From assembly GCA_049724395.1 (NCBI GenBank), contig JAUGWO010000031.1, forward strand, positions 1 to 64,000: DNA of 64,000 bases, written 5' to 3'. The position numbers and the translations under genes are program-made. Numbering within the stretch: the stretch's first letter is position 1; the number at the start of each line of letters is the position of its first letter. Source of the DNA: Spongospora subterranea f. sp. subterranea (Eukaryota). The notes below the pieces were generated by a model. It searched no databases, was not told the DNA's origin, and saw only the letters and a program-made list of their open reading frames with translations. Positions 51,233 through 64,000 of the stretch are shown one piece after another.

Positions 51233-52736
51233 GTGCAGTCATGTCGTGCCCTTCGATTTGCTGATTTGGATGCGACTCTTGTGGAGATGACCTGCAGGGA
51301 TAACTCTGGTCCATTAATAGCTAGTGATCTGCCTTTGATCAAATTGCAAGCTTCTATTCCAGTTGACGCCCCTGTCACAAAGGTACTGCAGTTTTTGTAT
51401 ATCCAGTCCTTTAACTATATATTTTAGATTGCCCTATCTGGCAGCCTATTAGCTGTTGTCGTTTCACCGAACATATTGCAAATATACGAGCGACAACAAG
51501 ATTGCGCCCCAATTTGGACACTAGTAAGGTTATCCTTGATGCACTCATTTCAGATTCCGAGTAGCTGTTGCTAATACAATTATGTGAATTAGGTCCGCTG
51601 ATCTTTGTTCTCATATCCGATCAATTGCATGGACCGCAGATAGTGTTCTAGCTTTAGCTGCTCACCCAGGTAATTTATGGATTGGAGACGCCTGCATAGA
51701 GGACCAAACATGGGTGGAACATATTGCTGGTAATCGGAGCTTCGTCGTTGGTGCAGGCATTTCTGGTCTGAACTCCAATCCGTGTATTTGGGCTTGGGAT
51801 TCTTACAAGCGTGTTCGTCTTTGGAATTGTTCACTGAACCTTGATAATGGCAAACCAGTGTCTTGTGATATCATACCTAATCAGGACGTTGCTGTGATGG
51901 TGTTGGATACCGGCTCTGTTTTCCTCGTTCGTAACGGGACGTGTATTTCTGATATTGACTTCCGTCACCCCTGTACCGGTGCTATATTCCTTCAGCCATC
52001 TTCAAATGCAGTACCTGGATTGCTGGTGATGCACCATCGCTCGCAGAAAATGCTCCTTGTTTCTCTCGAATCATGCTGTCGGCAATTGAATTACCTTTTG
52101 TGGTTCTCACCTCTGCATCCGCACTTGGAGATTTACTCGGGTTCTCTTTGACACAAGGTTCATTCTCAATTTTTTCATTATCACATATGGGCGACGGCCC
52201 CCTGCTCACCATTCCCTTCTGTGGTCAATCGACCGTATCCATTTCGTTCCATCCGACCTGCAAATTGTTCGCAATTGGGTTACAAGATCGCTTTCACATA
52301 TATGGCGTCTAAATTTAATCAACTGCAACTTATAGATTTACGTGGCTGTGCCACACCTACTGTTTGTTTCTCAAGAAACGAATGGCATACATATCTGTAA
52401 AGTTGTAGTCAATGGCCGGTAACATATAATGTAACGATTGATTGAAGTATGTTGCTATCTGTTCCCAAATCAATCATCAATAGCATTCGCCATTTCAAAA
52501 ACACATCAACATCGGCTCTTGTTTCTGGGCCACCCGACGTTACTTGCTTTTGCCTGAGAAATCACGTTCTACTTGGCGATGGTCACTTGCATTTGCCTGA
52601 CGAAACCACGTTCTACTTGACGATGATAGACCAGTTTTTCTTTAGATTTAGCAAAGAAAGAATCAAAATGGTGGAATTTCCATCGGCCTGGTACAACTCA
52701 TATATTGCTGACAATTTTGAATGCAGATTAGAGTAA
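51233..52736 (+). CDS. Divergent WD40-repeat protein (weak CFAP57/WDR65 resemblance), possibly a pseudogene
   Basis: Beta-propeller-like fragments such as VRLWN and SISFHPTCKLFAIGLQDRFHIY. The frames are broken. Confidence 0.4.
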
Positions 52737-52842
52737 AGAATCAACCGGTGTATTCAGATATGTTAGGGGTCGAATAATCCAGGACTCGTTAGTTGACACG
52801 GTTATAATATATAGTACAGAGAAAGATACTTCATTACAATGC

Positions 52843-53604
52843 CTAGCCACCAACAACTTGCTTTAGGGAGTCAATGGCAGATAGGAGGGGTACACGTGCA
52901 TCATCAGGAACAAATGCTTCGATATTATCTTGTGTCAATTCCAGCAACATCTGACCGTCGATATTATGCTTTTGAAAGATTGGCTCCAGCTGACCAAGAT
53001 TTAGGTTTAACAGGAAAACACCTACTTGAGAAGAATTCCATGAGCGAGGATCTAGGTCTCCCTCATGCATTTCAACATCGACAGGCATACCCATAACCAT
53101 ACCAAAGTCGATGTTGTTAGGTAGATTAGAAACAAACGACATTTGGGATAAATCTGGAGATGTAGAAGGACTTTGTGATTGAGGACAAAAATTCCCCATT
53201 ATTCCGTCCAAAGTCATGCTCATTGAACTTAAATGCTGGTGCAATGATGCTTGACCTTGGCAGAGTGGTTCGGATTTAATTCGTCGCTGTTGCAATGTAG
53301 GGGCCATGTCTCTTAAACGACGTTCAACCTCATCCTCTTCTAAACCTGAAGCTCGTAGTTTCTTCCTTTGGCGATGCCTTCGGACTCGGTCTCTTACTCT
53401 TTGCCTTTGGACATCTAGTATTCGCTCTTTCTCACAGTCCGGAAGAGAGTTCAAAGCGTATTTTTGCCGACGACGGTACTCTCGCATATACACTTTCATA
53501 GCTTCTTTCCTAGCACCTGGCCCAACCATCGCCATAGAAGGGAAATCGCCCATGGAAACGGGGATGAATCCCTCGAAACCTAAAATCGACGCCATATCCA
53601 TCAC
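52843..53604 (-). CDS. SAM-domain protein with a basic helical N-terminal region
   Basis: C-terminal WNSSQVGVFL..LGQLEPIFQKHNIDGQMLLELT (SAM) and N-terminal YMREYRRRQK..RDRVRRHRQRKK. Confidence 0.8.
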   Translation of the reverse strand: MMDMASILGFEGFIPVSMGDFPSMAMVGPGARKEAMKVYMREYRRRQKYALNSLPDCEKERILDVQRQRVRDRVRRHRQRKKLRASGLEEDEVERRLRDMAPTLQQRRIKSEPLCQGQASLHQHLSSMSMTLDGIMGNFCPQSQSPSTSPDLSQMSFVSNLPNNIDFGMVMGMPVDVEMHEGDLDPRSWNSSQVGVFLLNLNLGQLEPIFQKHNIDGQMLLELTQDNIEAFVPDDARVPLLSAIDSLKQVVGG

Positions 53605-54236
53605 CGTTTCACAATATGGTTAATGGCGACTGAGAGTATCGTGGTCGAATGTTGAACTCAGTGTAACTCTGGACTCTAGATAGCATAAACGGGAGTTGGA
53701 AGGCATGCACAAACACCATATAGCGGTTCTGCTGTTACACTTACACTTACATACTCTGGCAGACTTATTGCCTAAAGCCAAACGGCACGGCAAATTCAAG
53801 AGGGCGCGCATGCCCTTGGCAACACATGGCTAGAGGGCTGCGCACGTGGAGGGAGTTTTATGGTGCCATTTGCGCGCAATTTCCTTTGATGTGGGGACCC
53901 TTTTCAGGCACCTGCCCGACTCCTGCCCGTTTTTTTGACCGCTCAGCCTTGATGTTATTGAACATGAGCATATTAGCCATACTGCAAAACAATCGCGCTA
54001 GCTCCGGAGTGGGATATCCTCTACCTTCTCCGTCTGCGCGCTATCGGCGCAGTGCCGGAGTGTGTTCAAAACATACATGCTGCAAATGCATGATTTCTGT
54101 TCTCCGGTCTGCAGCTTTGATGAACCGAGCACACCAGGACGCAACTCTAAGACGTTTAGTATGGCATTATGAAAAATGCTGGTCAGGTTGTGAGACTCAG
54201 GGGTTCAAATCAAAATTAATGTGTAATCCTCAATGT

Positions 54237-55164
54237 TTAGGACAGATATTCATAAATAAAATCGATTTGACCCAGACGAACACAAACTGAACCAAACAGA
54301 ACTTGACCACGAAGCTCGGAAAATCTGTAATGAGTCAGTCGTATTCCCCTGGATAAGCCAAACAAAACGAACTTGAATGTTTGGCCACCTGGTAGAACGA
54401 TTTGACGTGAGATTTTCGAGTCGATATCTTTCATGGACTCTTGAGATTCTTGAATGGAACATCTACAAAATCGAGTCAGTGCTTCCAGTTGAATTAAGAA
54501 TCCCAACACATACATCTCTTTTTCCAAGCAATGTGCAAGTTTGTCAACGGATACAGCTGAATCGACATCACTTTTATTGGCTGCTACCAAAACAGGGACG
54601 TGGTTTCGATAAACTACAGGGTGGGTCAAGACCGAGTATAAGGATCTAATTGATAGAATCAACAGAAATTTGGGCGCATAAAGACAAAAGCAATAATACT
54701 TGGCAGCATTCGCGAACGATTGCTGATCAGATGAATCGACAAGGAAAATGACAATTTTGGCTCTGTCCAGAATTGCTGGTAATGTCAGTATTTGAGAAAC
54801 ATGGCCAGGATAGTCAATCATGTGATATCGTCCATTGGGTGTGTCGACAAAAAATTCATGAGCCTGCATTGAGGGTACCGTTTCTCGGAAACATTTTTGC
54901 ATCAGCTATCAAAACACAAACCTAAATGGCGACGTATACAGACTCGTACTGTGAAATACCCAGTATGACATTGTGGTTTTTCCTGCATTCATGGGCCCAG
55001 TAAGTACAATAAGGTCGCGGTTCGAGGAAGCCCGACTCGACGAAACATCTGAAATTTGCCATTACTACCATTGCAATCAACCACCTCAAATGATTACATA
55101 TGAAAACTACTATCAATACAATCGCAGCTAGAACAAGCGTGAACAGCATTGTAATGTCAACCAT
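54237..55164 (-). CDS. SRPRB: Signal recognition particle receptor beta subunit, multi-exon
   Basis: N-terminal TM segment, P-loop LTGPMNAGKT, ETVPSM, IDYPGH, FLVDS, LVAANKSD. Confidence 0.88.
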
Positions 55165-55525
55165 CGGTGTAAGGGCCGCCGTCAGCCGATGTGGCTTATT
55201 GTTGATCAAGCTTGTACTCCGTAGACTCCAGGTCCGCATCCACTGAGCGAAAATGAGAATAAACTTGTATAAATGATTCGACGAGAGAACAGAATAAGAC
55301 TGAAACGTTCTGTATTGTTTGCTTCATAGTTGCTCTACTTTTTGCTCCATCTGGACGCGCTTCTAGATGTGCAAACAGGCAAAAAGTCCCTAAGCGTAAA
55401 CAACAAAATTGAAACTGTATCATGCATTGTGCATATGTTACAATAGCAACACCAGAGAACATGGTATTTTGTTGACAACGCATCTATTTGCGTTCAAACT
55501 CGCATTAACACATTGTCCGAAACAA

Positions 55526-58500
55526 ATGGATTCAACATTTAGTCCCAGATCCGAGCAGCGTTCCACTATTCGTGGCGGCCTCGCAACCTTATCATCTTTG
55601 AGCAGCGGGCCAACGCATGCTGGAACCCATAACATTGACTGCGGCCCCGCTCGATGCCAAGCATCGGTAAAAATAGGCGTATATAACTTTTGTCCAAGTA
55701 ACACGATTTAGGTAGAACACGATGCTGATAGTGTCAGCGATATGTCGAGTATATACCTCTCTGTATTTCTGTCCGGATCTCCAGAAAACCAGTACGAAGG
55801 ATATTATGAAAAGTTGTCTGACTTCTAATGATAATCGTCAAAAAGGAAGGTCGGTATCGCCTACTTTAATGTCGACACAGATATGCTCCATGTTGGCGAT
55901 TTTCTGGATGTTGGCAGATTGTTAGAAATCATGTAAAAAATCTTTGTCTGGTAACTTTGCATCGACATCTAATTTAACCATTGTACTAGTGAAATTTCGC
56001 TTATCCCCAATAATGATAATCACGCATGCTCGCGTCGGTGACCCTGTTTTTGAGCTGCTGCAACAAGGACCCGGTAAGAACTGCCAGGTCATACAACCAT
56101 TTCTTACTTGGTCGTTCAGAAGGACAACGAGAATTGCTTTATAATGTTGTTAGCGTAAAGAGAAGCGAGTTCAACTATGACAGTGCATTAAACGTAGTAT
56201 TCTCTAACTTATTTGAATCACCCATCCGATTTATATTGTAGCGATTAAAACTCATCACTGTTTCCGAACTTGAATCCAAACCGTTAGGAGATGAACCATC
56301 AAAAACGGGTGAGCCGGATGAGCTCGCTCAGCGTTTGCGGCTCATGAGTGTTATCAATTTGGAGAACCGAGATACGGTCAGTTTGAACAGTCTTCTGATA
56401 GTTTTATGATTCCAGGCTACATAGATTTGCGCTGTCGGTGGGCTCCTTAGCTATCTTCAAAAAAACAGGATCACAAACCAACTCAGCGATTATACGCATC
56501 CAGTGACCATCGCTGCGATTCGCACTATGGATATGGGAGATGTGATGATTGTGGATTCTGGCACTTTAAGGGCTTTAAGCATTTTCAATGTAAACATTTA
56601 TGACCTTTGATCATGAACAGTTTCCAACTCAAAAGTTGTTAGAATGAGATGCATCCTGTGGGGTCAAGTTCCAGAAAAGAAGGACTAAGTGTCTTCGGCC
56701 TTCTTGACGAGACTAAAACCGTTCAAGGAAAGAGGCTATTGAAGTCAGAATGCTCAAATGCGATAAGGCAGACGTTTCACTGAGCCATTCCATTCATCAG
56801 ATCATGGCTGCTGACTCCGATAATGGACATTGATGAAGTATCGAAACGCCACGACGCGATTGAGAGGTTGCTTGACCAAAAAAACGAACATTGGCTTGCA
56901 GAGGCGGTGTTCATTTTGCGGGGTGTCAAAGATATTACCCGACTCATGGTGAAATTAGAGAACGCTCGAGCAAAGTGCAGCGATTGGTTTTTAATTATAG
57001 AAGTTGGGCGATGTTAGTCGTTTTTTTTTTGTTTCTGACACTGCTGTTTCACCATAGACAATTCAGCAGTTCATATCCCTTCATGAACTGGCTAGAAACG
57101 CAGATAATCGCTTCGGTCACTTCAATTTGGTAGTGCGTGCATTTTTTTACTCTACATATTCACTGGTACCTAATCAGATTGTCGAGGCTTGGGATGATGA
57201 AATTATCGAGTAGGAAACTGCTTCGCTTCCAATAATTCGATTTTGCTTACAAGTTACGGCCAGGCTGAACAATCTCATCACATCGGTAATCGATTTCTCA
57301 GAGAGCAAAATTTCTAAAAGGTTGGAGATCCGAAACGGCATCAGTACTGAGGTAAATGTATCTGTGGAGCGAAAGTCAACAGACTAACTTCATTTTCAGC
57401 TGGATGAAATCAAGCGTAATTACGAGGAGCTGGGTTCATTTTTAACGAATGTAGCTGAAGAAATAGTTTCCAACTCTTCAGTGCATTTCGAGAATTTAGA
57501 AGTCTTGCATTTACCGCAATTAGGGCATCTAATTGCAATTCCAGTTGATTCAAACAGGAATCTAGAATCTCAAAAAAACATTAGAATCACTAGATTTTCA
57601 GTTTATTGCTGAAGATAAATTGTTTTATAAGAATGACAAGACCAGGAAATTAGACGAAGAAATTGGTGATATACGAGGTAAGAATCACAGGTTTTGAGGC
57701 ATAAAACAGAGTAAACCAGCTCCAATAGGGATCATATTCGATATGGAAGCAAGTTTTATTCGTGAGTTAGCTGACTGTGTGCTGAGGCGTAAGCACATGC
57801 TGTCTGCTGTTTCGTCCATTGTTGCAGAACTTGATTGGTTTGGACCTACATCAATACTGCAACCATTACTTGACTGTCAAATCAGTATACTTTCGCTCGC
57901 TCAATCCGCTGTCACCTATAATTTGTGTCGTCCTTTCTTTATCGAGGAACGCACCATTAGAATCCGCAATGGGTTCCATTTGCTTCAACATCAAACGGTT
58001 GATCAGTTTATCCCCAATGACACTGTGGTCGGAGCAACAGATGAAGGTTTCATACAACCGGCATAATCTTCTCTGGGGCTAAGATATTCACGTAGAATGC
58101 TCGATATTACTTTTAACAGGTCCCACACAGTAGCGGAAAAAGCGTACTTTTGAAACAAGTTGGTATTATTGCCTGTGAGTATATTCTCAGAAACAGAAGC
58201 AACTTCATGACCTTGTTTTTTAGATCTCGCTCATTGTGGATCAGTAGGTGAATGTTGTGACATTATTTGGAATACTTATAATCCGAAACAGTTTGTTCCC
58301 GCCGAATCAGTCAGGTTAGGCCCTGTTGACAGAATATTCTGCCGGATGGATTTTGCTGAAACATCGACATCATCGTTATCCACATTTGCGATGGACTGTT
58401 ATCAAGTTAGCTGTATATGAACCTAACATGTAAATTATCAAAATACTGACTGATGCGCTCAGGTATGCTTAATCATTCAACTCCTTTTAGCCTGTACGGG

Positions 58501-59204
58501 GTTTTCAGATCGAAACACAGTACTATAACTATATCTTACATTGCAATCAGTTTATTAGTGGATGAGTTCGGAAAAGGTACATGCAAAGAAGATGGTATTG
58601 CTTTAGTAACTTCGCTAGTTCATTATTTTTCCATGATGCCACTATCAAATTGCCCCCGAATTTTGAGTAAGGGGTCACCCTAGTTTAAAAGAACTTGTAC
58701 TCAGCCAATGCAAGTTACTACACACTTTCATGAGCTTTTCACGCTAGGTTTGTTGCCAAAACAAACTGCATCAACTATCAGCTTTCAGAAAATGGATATT
58801 GTGCTTCGTACTCCTGTAAACCATAATAATGCCAGACAAACCGACCAAGCAAGTTGCTATAACTAATTCGTAACACGATGATTTATTGTGGCTAGGTGAC
58901 GTTTTTATTCAAAATGGTGGACGGAATATCAACAAATAGTTACGGTTTGGAATGCGCAGCAGTAGCTGGTATTCCAGAATCCGTGATTGAACGCGCCAGG
59001 GAAATCTCAAGGTCATATGTGGAAAACAAGGTAGACAGCGCCCAAATGCCACTTAGCAGTTATTTATCATACAATATTCAGCCAATTCACCGAGTGAGTG
59101 AAGACCCAGCCATATTTTCGGAATTGTACCAATCTTTTGTTGGACTAAATCTGGACAGCAATGCTGATATGATATCATTCCTTGAAAAGATCAAGAGCAT
59201 TTGA
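55526..59204 (+). CDS. MSH5: Meiotic MutS homolog 5, many exons; 1-nt frameshift in Walker A near 58125
   Basis: VGIAYF, TLRALSIF..HP..KEGLSVFGLL, HLPQLG, SGKSVLLKQVG, FVPAES, STFAMD, LVDEFGKGT, SYGLECA. Confidence 0.92.
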
Positions 59205-59497
59205 AAACGTTCTCAAATAAAGTAAACAGTATACTATGAGCTGTCTGACTAAAGGAGGGTCAGGGACGGGATGGCCATCGGTACAGATTGCCGAGCATGG
59301 GTCTCATTTCGGACTGAGGTCCGGTCAGCACCATGTGACGGTCGCACCCAGGACGACCCTGTGACCACCGAGATCGGGTGACTTGACAAAATTTTAACCA
59401 TCGAGACGTCTATTAGGCTTATCAGCCAATCACATTAATACGATACTACTGGACGAAGGAAACATCGTTGATTTCCACCGGCTCCAGTTGAAATTGG

Positions 59498-61034
59498 ATG
59501 AATCTGCAGTGTAATGAGCCATCGTCAGCGCTGTTTTCTCTACCGGATATTTCCATTCCGGGTTATGCGGGGGAAAAGTGCCTCGACAATCACGACTCGT
59601 CCTGGGAGGAGTCCCTCATGACCGATTCTAACATTCAACCGATCAGCCATTGCAGAAGACCTGATATTCTGCATATCAATCCCGCATTTCCAAAGAGCAT
59701 GCTGATGATGGGGAGTTCACTGTCATTGGAAGGATCAACAATATCTGAAATGCCGCCATCTTTCCCTCATCAATTTGGCGGTCAATCACGTCCATTTCCT
59801 TTGGTCCGCTCCATATCGAAAGTTCATGTTGCATATTCAATCTAACTCGTGAAACAGGCACTAGGGACGTCGCCGCTCGACTACAACCGAGTCACCGAAG
59901 GCATCCCCAATGCTCCAACATTATCGGAGATGGTCCATAACACCAACGGCGACGACGATGACGAGGCTCGAAGACGTCTGGTTAAACGACAGCGAACAAC
60001 GATCAAGCATCCAGCACCTCCGTCTTCATCGTATGTATTCTATATGAATGAATGCCGTACCCGAATGTTACGGACTCGTCCGGATCTTGCGTTCGCTGAC
60101 GTGGCGCGTCTGATCGGGAGCGACTGGGCGAAGATTAGTCCTAGTGATCGGCAAAAGGTCAGCCAGAATCGGGATCAAAAATAGCAACCGGCGAATGCTG
60201 ATTTGTACGGAACAGTATCACGATATGGCTCAGGAGGATAAGCTCAGGCATCAACGTGAGATGGACGCTCAGATGGTGGACGACGCGTCACAGCAGGCGA
60301 TAAAGCGACGAAAACGGGATCCCAAAGCTCCCAAACATCCCATATCTGCGTATCTGTTTTTTGTTGCAGAAAGCCGGGCTCGGTTGTGTAAAGATTGCCC
60401 AGTTAGTAGTTTTATTACTCGCTTTTGATTATAGAAATCTGATTTGGTTTTTGCCAAGGAAATGGGGTTTGGCGATATGGCCAAATATATCGGCATTCAA
60501 TGGAAAGATATGAGCTCAGCAGATCGAACTCGGTATGAGATAATGGCAGACAGGGACAAAACCCGATATGAGAAAGATTTGCAAACGTACAGCAAACCAG
60601 AAGAAATTGAGGGAGCGGTGCCCGATGCCTCTGTCAAAGTGCAAGCGGAAACATTGAAAAGGTCCATTGGTCACTACATCGATTGCTTAGTAGTTGACTG
60701 TTCGTTCAGTAGAAGGAAAAGGGCTCCAAACGCTCCTAAACACCCTATATCTGCGTATTTATTTTTTGTCGCTGAGCAGCGGCGGGCGTTAAGCGCCACG
60801 TGCCCCGGTAATAATGGCCCATAAAGAATGCGTTTGACGACGACAATCACTGACTTGTTTCTTGTTGTAAATGCAGGAAAGACATTCAAAGAACTGGCTA
60901 CCGATATCGGTTTTCGCTGGAAAGGACTAAGCGATGCAGAGCGGGAACCCTATATATTATCCGCATCAGCAGACAAAGAGCGATATGAACGCGAAAAAGA
61001 AGAATTTGCAGGACATACAGCACCTTCATTATAG
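59498..61034 (+). CDS. Protein with three HMG boxes, multi-exon
   Basis: HPAPPSSSYVFYMNE..WAKISP; RDPKAPKHPISAYLFF..WKDMS; APNAPKHPISAYLFF..WKGLSDAEREPY. Confidence 0.9.
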
Positions 61035-61104
61035 AATCATGGGCAGCATTTATTTCTGGAACGTCTTATCAATAAAAATCAGCAAACCCTCTAGGGGTAA
61101 TAAT

Positions 61105-61641
61105 TTAATCTTCTTTGTTTAATGTCAACTCAATAGAGCGCAATCGTTCCAAAGCTGACATCAAGGTCTGCCGAATGTTCTCGGCCTCCGTCAGAGCCGC
61201 TTCATCCTGACAATTTCCAATAAAAATAACTCTTTTCGATATATTGGTAACTACCTCAGCCATTTGCATTTGCCGTGCACGTGCGACGTTCTCTGACCCA
61301 GTAATTCGATGGCGAAGAAGGTTGTTGTCGTTTTGTACCAGTTGAATATGTTTTGTAAGACGTGTTATATTCCTAGGGATTCCGTTAACGCAAGAAAAAA
61401 GTAATGTGTTGCTATACCTCGCAAGGTCTCCATTTTGACGATGCCATTGCTGCTCTGCATCAGTGACTCCCCGTCTTGGTTTGTCAAATTTTGCAAAAAT
61501 GCTGGATTCCTTCTCAACCACAACTTGATTTGGAACCACTTGAATCTGATTTTCCTTTCCTGACGATGTGAATGAGCGAGAATGGTTCTGCGCAACTGGC
61601 GTTTGAATGCTTCGAAGTGGAGTACGCGTGGAAGACGACAT
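61105..61641 (-). CDS. Small coiled-coil protein of unknown function
   Basis: Open frame MSSSTRTPLRSIQTP.. with a heptad-rich C-terminal half and probable in-frame introns. Confidence 0.5.
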   Translation of the reverse strand: MSSSTRTPLRSIQTPVAQNHSRSFTSSGKENQIQVVPNQVVVEKESSIFAKFDKPRRGVTDAEQQWHRQNGDLARYSNTLLFSCVNGIPRNITRLTKHIQLVQNDNNLLRHRITGSENVARARQMQMAEVVTNISKRVIFIGNCQDEAALTEAENIRQTLMSALERLRSIELTLNKED

Positions 61642-61849
61642 ATAGATTGTCAACGAATTCACTAGAATTGGGTCGGGTGTGAGTTATTGATTGAAAACGA
61701 TTGAGTTATGGATTAAGTGAGTTAAATTAACATTGATGTCCTGCAATGAAAACAGGTTATAAAGTGGACAATGATGAATCATAACACTGGGGTAACGCAG
61801 GCAAGAAGAGGAAGGGATTCGTGACTGCTAGAGTAGCTGGAATATGACG

Positions 61850-64000
61850 ATTATGACACAAAGGTAGGTAACACTGAAAGCGGCAGATACATCATACAGG
61901 GTAGCTGGAGTAGACCCCATTGACACCACATTATAATAGGGGTGACGATACATGATGGTTACATGATGGTTATAACACAAGGGTAACACTGAAAGCGGCA
62001 CATACGTCATACCCCTACAGTAGCTGGAGTAGACCCCATTGACAACCCATTATAATAGGGGTGACGATACATGATGGTTATAACACAAGGGTAACACTGA
62101 AAGCGGCACATACGTCATACCCCTACAGTAGCTGGAGTAGACCCCATTGACACCCCATTATAATAGGGGTGACGATACATGATGGTTATAACACAAGGGT
62201 AACACTGAAAGCGGCACATACGTCATACCCCTACAGTAGCTGGAGTAGACCCCATTGACACCCCATTATAATAGGGGTGACGATACATGATGGTTATAAC
62301 ACAAGGGTAACACTGAAAGCGGCACATACGTCATACCCCTACAGTAGCTGGAGTAGACCCCATTGACAACCCATTATAATAGGGGTGACGATACATGATG
62401 GTTATAACACAAGGGTAACACTGAAAGCGGCACATACGTCATACCCCTACAGTAGCTGGAGTAGACCCCATTGACACCACATTATAATAGGGGTGACGAT
62501 ACATGATGGTTATAACACCACACATACGTCATTATAATAGGGGTGACGATACATGATGGTTATAACACAAGGGTAACACTGAAAGCGGCACATACGTCAT
62601 ACCCCTACAGTAGCTGGAGTAGACCCCATTGACACCCCATTATAATAGGGGTGACGATACATGATGGTTATAACACAAGGGTAACACTGAAAGCGGCACA
62701 TACGTCATACCCCTACAGTAGCTGGAGTAGACCCCATTACCCATTATAATAGGGGTGACGATACATGATGGTTATAACACAAGGGTAACACTGAAAGCGG
62801 CACATAGACCCCCAGTTGACACAACCCATTATAATAGGGGTGACGATACATGATGGTTATAACACAAGGGTAACACTGAAAGCGGCACATACGTCATACC
62901 CCTACAGTAGCTGGAGTAGACCCCATTGACACCCCATTATAATAGGGGTGACGATACATGATGGTTATAACACAAGGGTAACACTGAAAGCGGCACATAC
63001 GTCATACCCCTACAGTAGCTGGAGTAGACCCCATTGACACCCCATTATAATAGGGGTGACGATACATGATGGTTATAACACAAGGGTAACACTGAAAGCG
63101 GCACATACGTCATACCCCTACAGTAGCTGGAGTAGACCCCATTGACACCCCATTATAATAGGGGTGACGATACATGATGGTTATAACACAAGGGTAACAC
63201 TGAAAGCGGCACATACGTCATACCCCTACAGTAGCTGGAGTAGACCCCATTGACAACCCATTATAATAGGGGTGACGATACATGATGGTTATAACACAAG
63301 GGTAACACTGAAAGCGGCACATACGTCATACCCCTACAGTAGCTGGAGTAGACCCCATTACCCATTATAATAGGGGTGACGATACATGATGGTTATAACA
63401 CAAGGGTAACACTGAAAGCGGCACATAGTCATACCCCTACAGTAGCTGGAGTAGACCCCATGGAGTAGACACACCCATTATAATAGGGGTGACGATACAT
63501 GATGGTTATAACACAAGGGTAACACTGAAAGCGGCACATACGTCATACCCCTACAGTAGCTGGAGTAGACCCCATTGACACCCCATTGACACCCCATTAT
63601 AATAGGGGTGACGATACATGATGGTTATAACACAAGGGTAACACTGAAAGCGGCACATACGTCATACCCCTACAGTAGCTGGAGTAGACCCCCATTATAA
63701 TAGGGGTGACGATACATGATGGTTATAACACAAGGGTAACACTGAAAGCGGCACATACGTCATACCCCTACAGTAGCTGGAGTAGACCCCATTGACAACC
63801 CATTATAATAGGGGTGACGATACATGATGGTTATAACACAAGGGTAACACTGAAAGCGGCACATACGTCATACCCCTACAGTAGCTGGAGTAGACCCCAT
63901 TGACACCCCATTATAATAGGGGTGACGATACATGATGGTTATAACACAAGGGTAACACTGAAAGCGGCACATACGTCATACCCCTACAGTACTGGAGTAG
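61850..64000. repeat. 108-bp tandem satellite, about 20 copies, running off the window end
   Basis: Unit ATAATAGGGGTGACGATACATGATGGTTATAACACAAGGGTAACACTGAAAGCGGCACATACGTCATACCCCTACAGTAGCTGGAGTAGACCCCATTGACACCCCATT; period 62160 to 62268. Confidence 0.97.

Noticed and set aside
53826..54290. 154-aa plus-strand ORF
   Set aside because: It has no domain-like features, lies in the SAM gene's upstream region and overlaps the SRPRB 3' end, so it is probably spurious.
61850..64000. CRISPR array or coding repeat (108 bp = 36 codons)
   Set aside because: There are no unique spacers or cas genes, and all six frames contain a stop in each unit.
61850..64000. Hammerhead or twister ribozyme, or 5S rRNA array
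   Set aside because: There is no CUGANGA core on either strand. TAACACTG recalls twister, but its conserved L4 loop is absent. I see no 5S similarity by eye.

Overview
Eukaryotic nuclear DNA from a compact genome with many short introns (about 45-60 nt), tightly packed genes, and ciliary (CSPP1-like) and meiotic (MSH5) genes. This fits a flagellated protist such as a phytomyxid, but the taxonomy is inference only. The window has three zones. (1) 1-15.6 kb is a nested transposon cluster: MULE, Copia gag, an IS630/Tc1-type DDE element, DD39D mariner pieces and two PIF/Harbinger families. In both Harbinger families, same-family copies lie in opposite orientation, giving long inverted repeats of the Myb/SANT gene. 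In family 1, both right TIRs abut the identical TTA in the tail of the family's own transposase. (2) 15.9-61.7 kb is gene-dense: a CNBD channel with a non-canonical filter, PEX2, HMG-box proteins, NVL/Rix7, IVD, an M13 peptidase, TRAPP-like, CSPP1-like, RanGAP, PUF60, PTAR1, TauE, ARPC5, WD40, SAM, SRPRB and MSH5, plus orphan genes and retroelement remnants. (3) 61.8-64 kb is a 108-bp tandem satellite with hairpin-forming units. Small frameshifts in several conserved genes suggest an unpolished long-read assembly, so pseudogene calls and the family 1 fold-back need read-level checks. I found no CRISPR array, rRNA, tRNA or Fanzor/TnpB gene. All family calls come from motif recognition by eye; no database searches were run.
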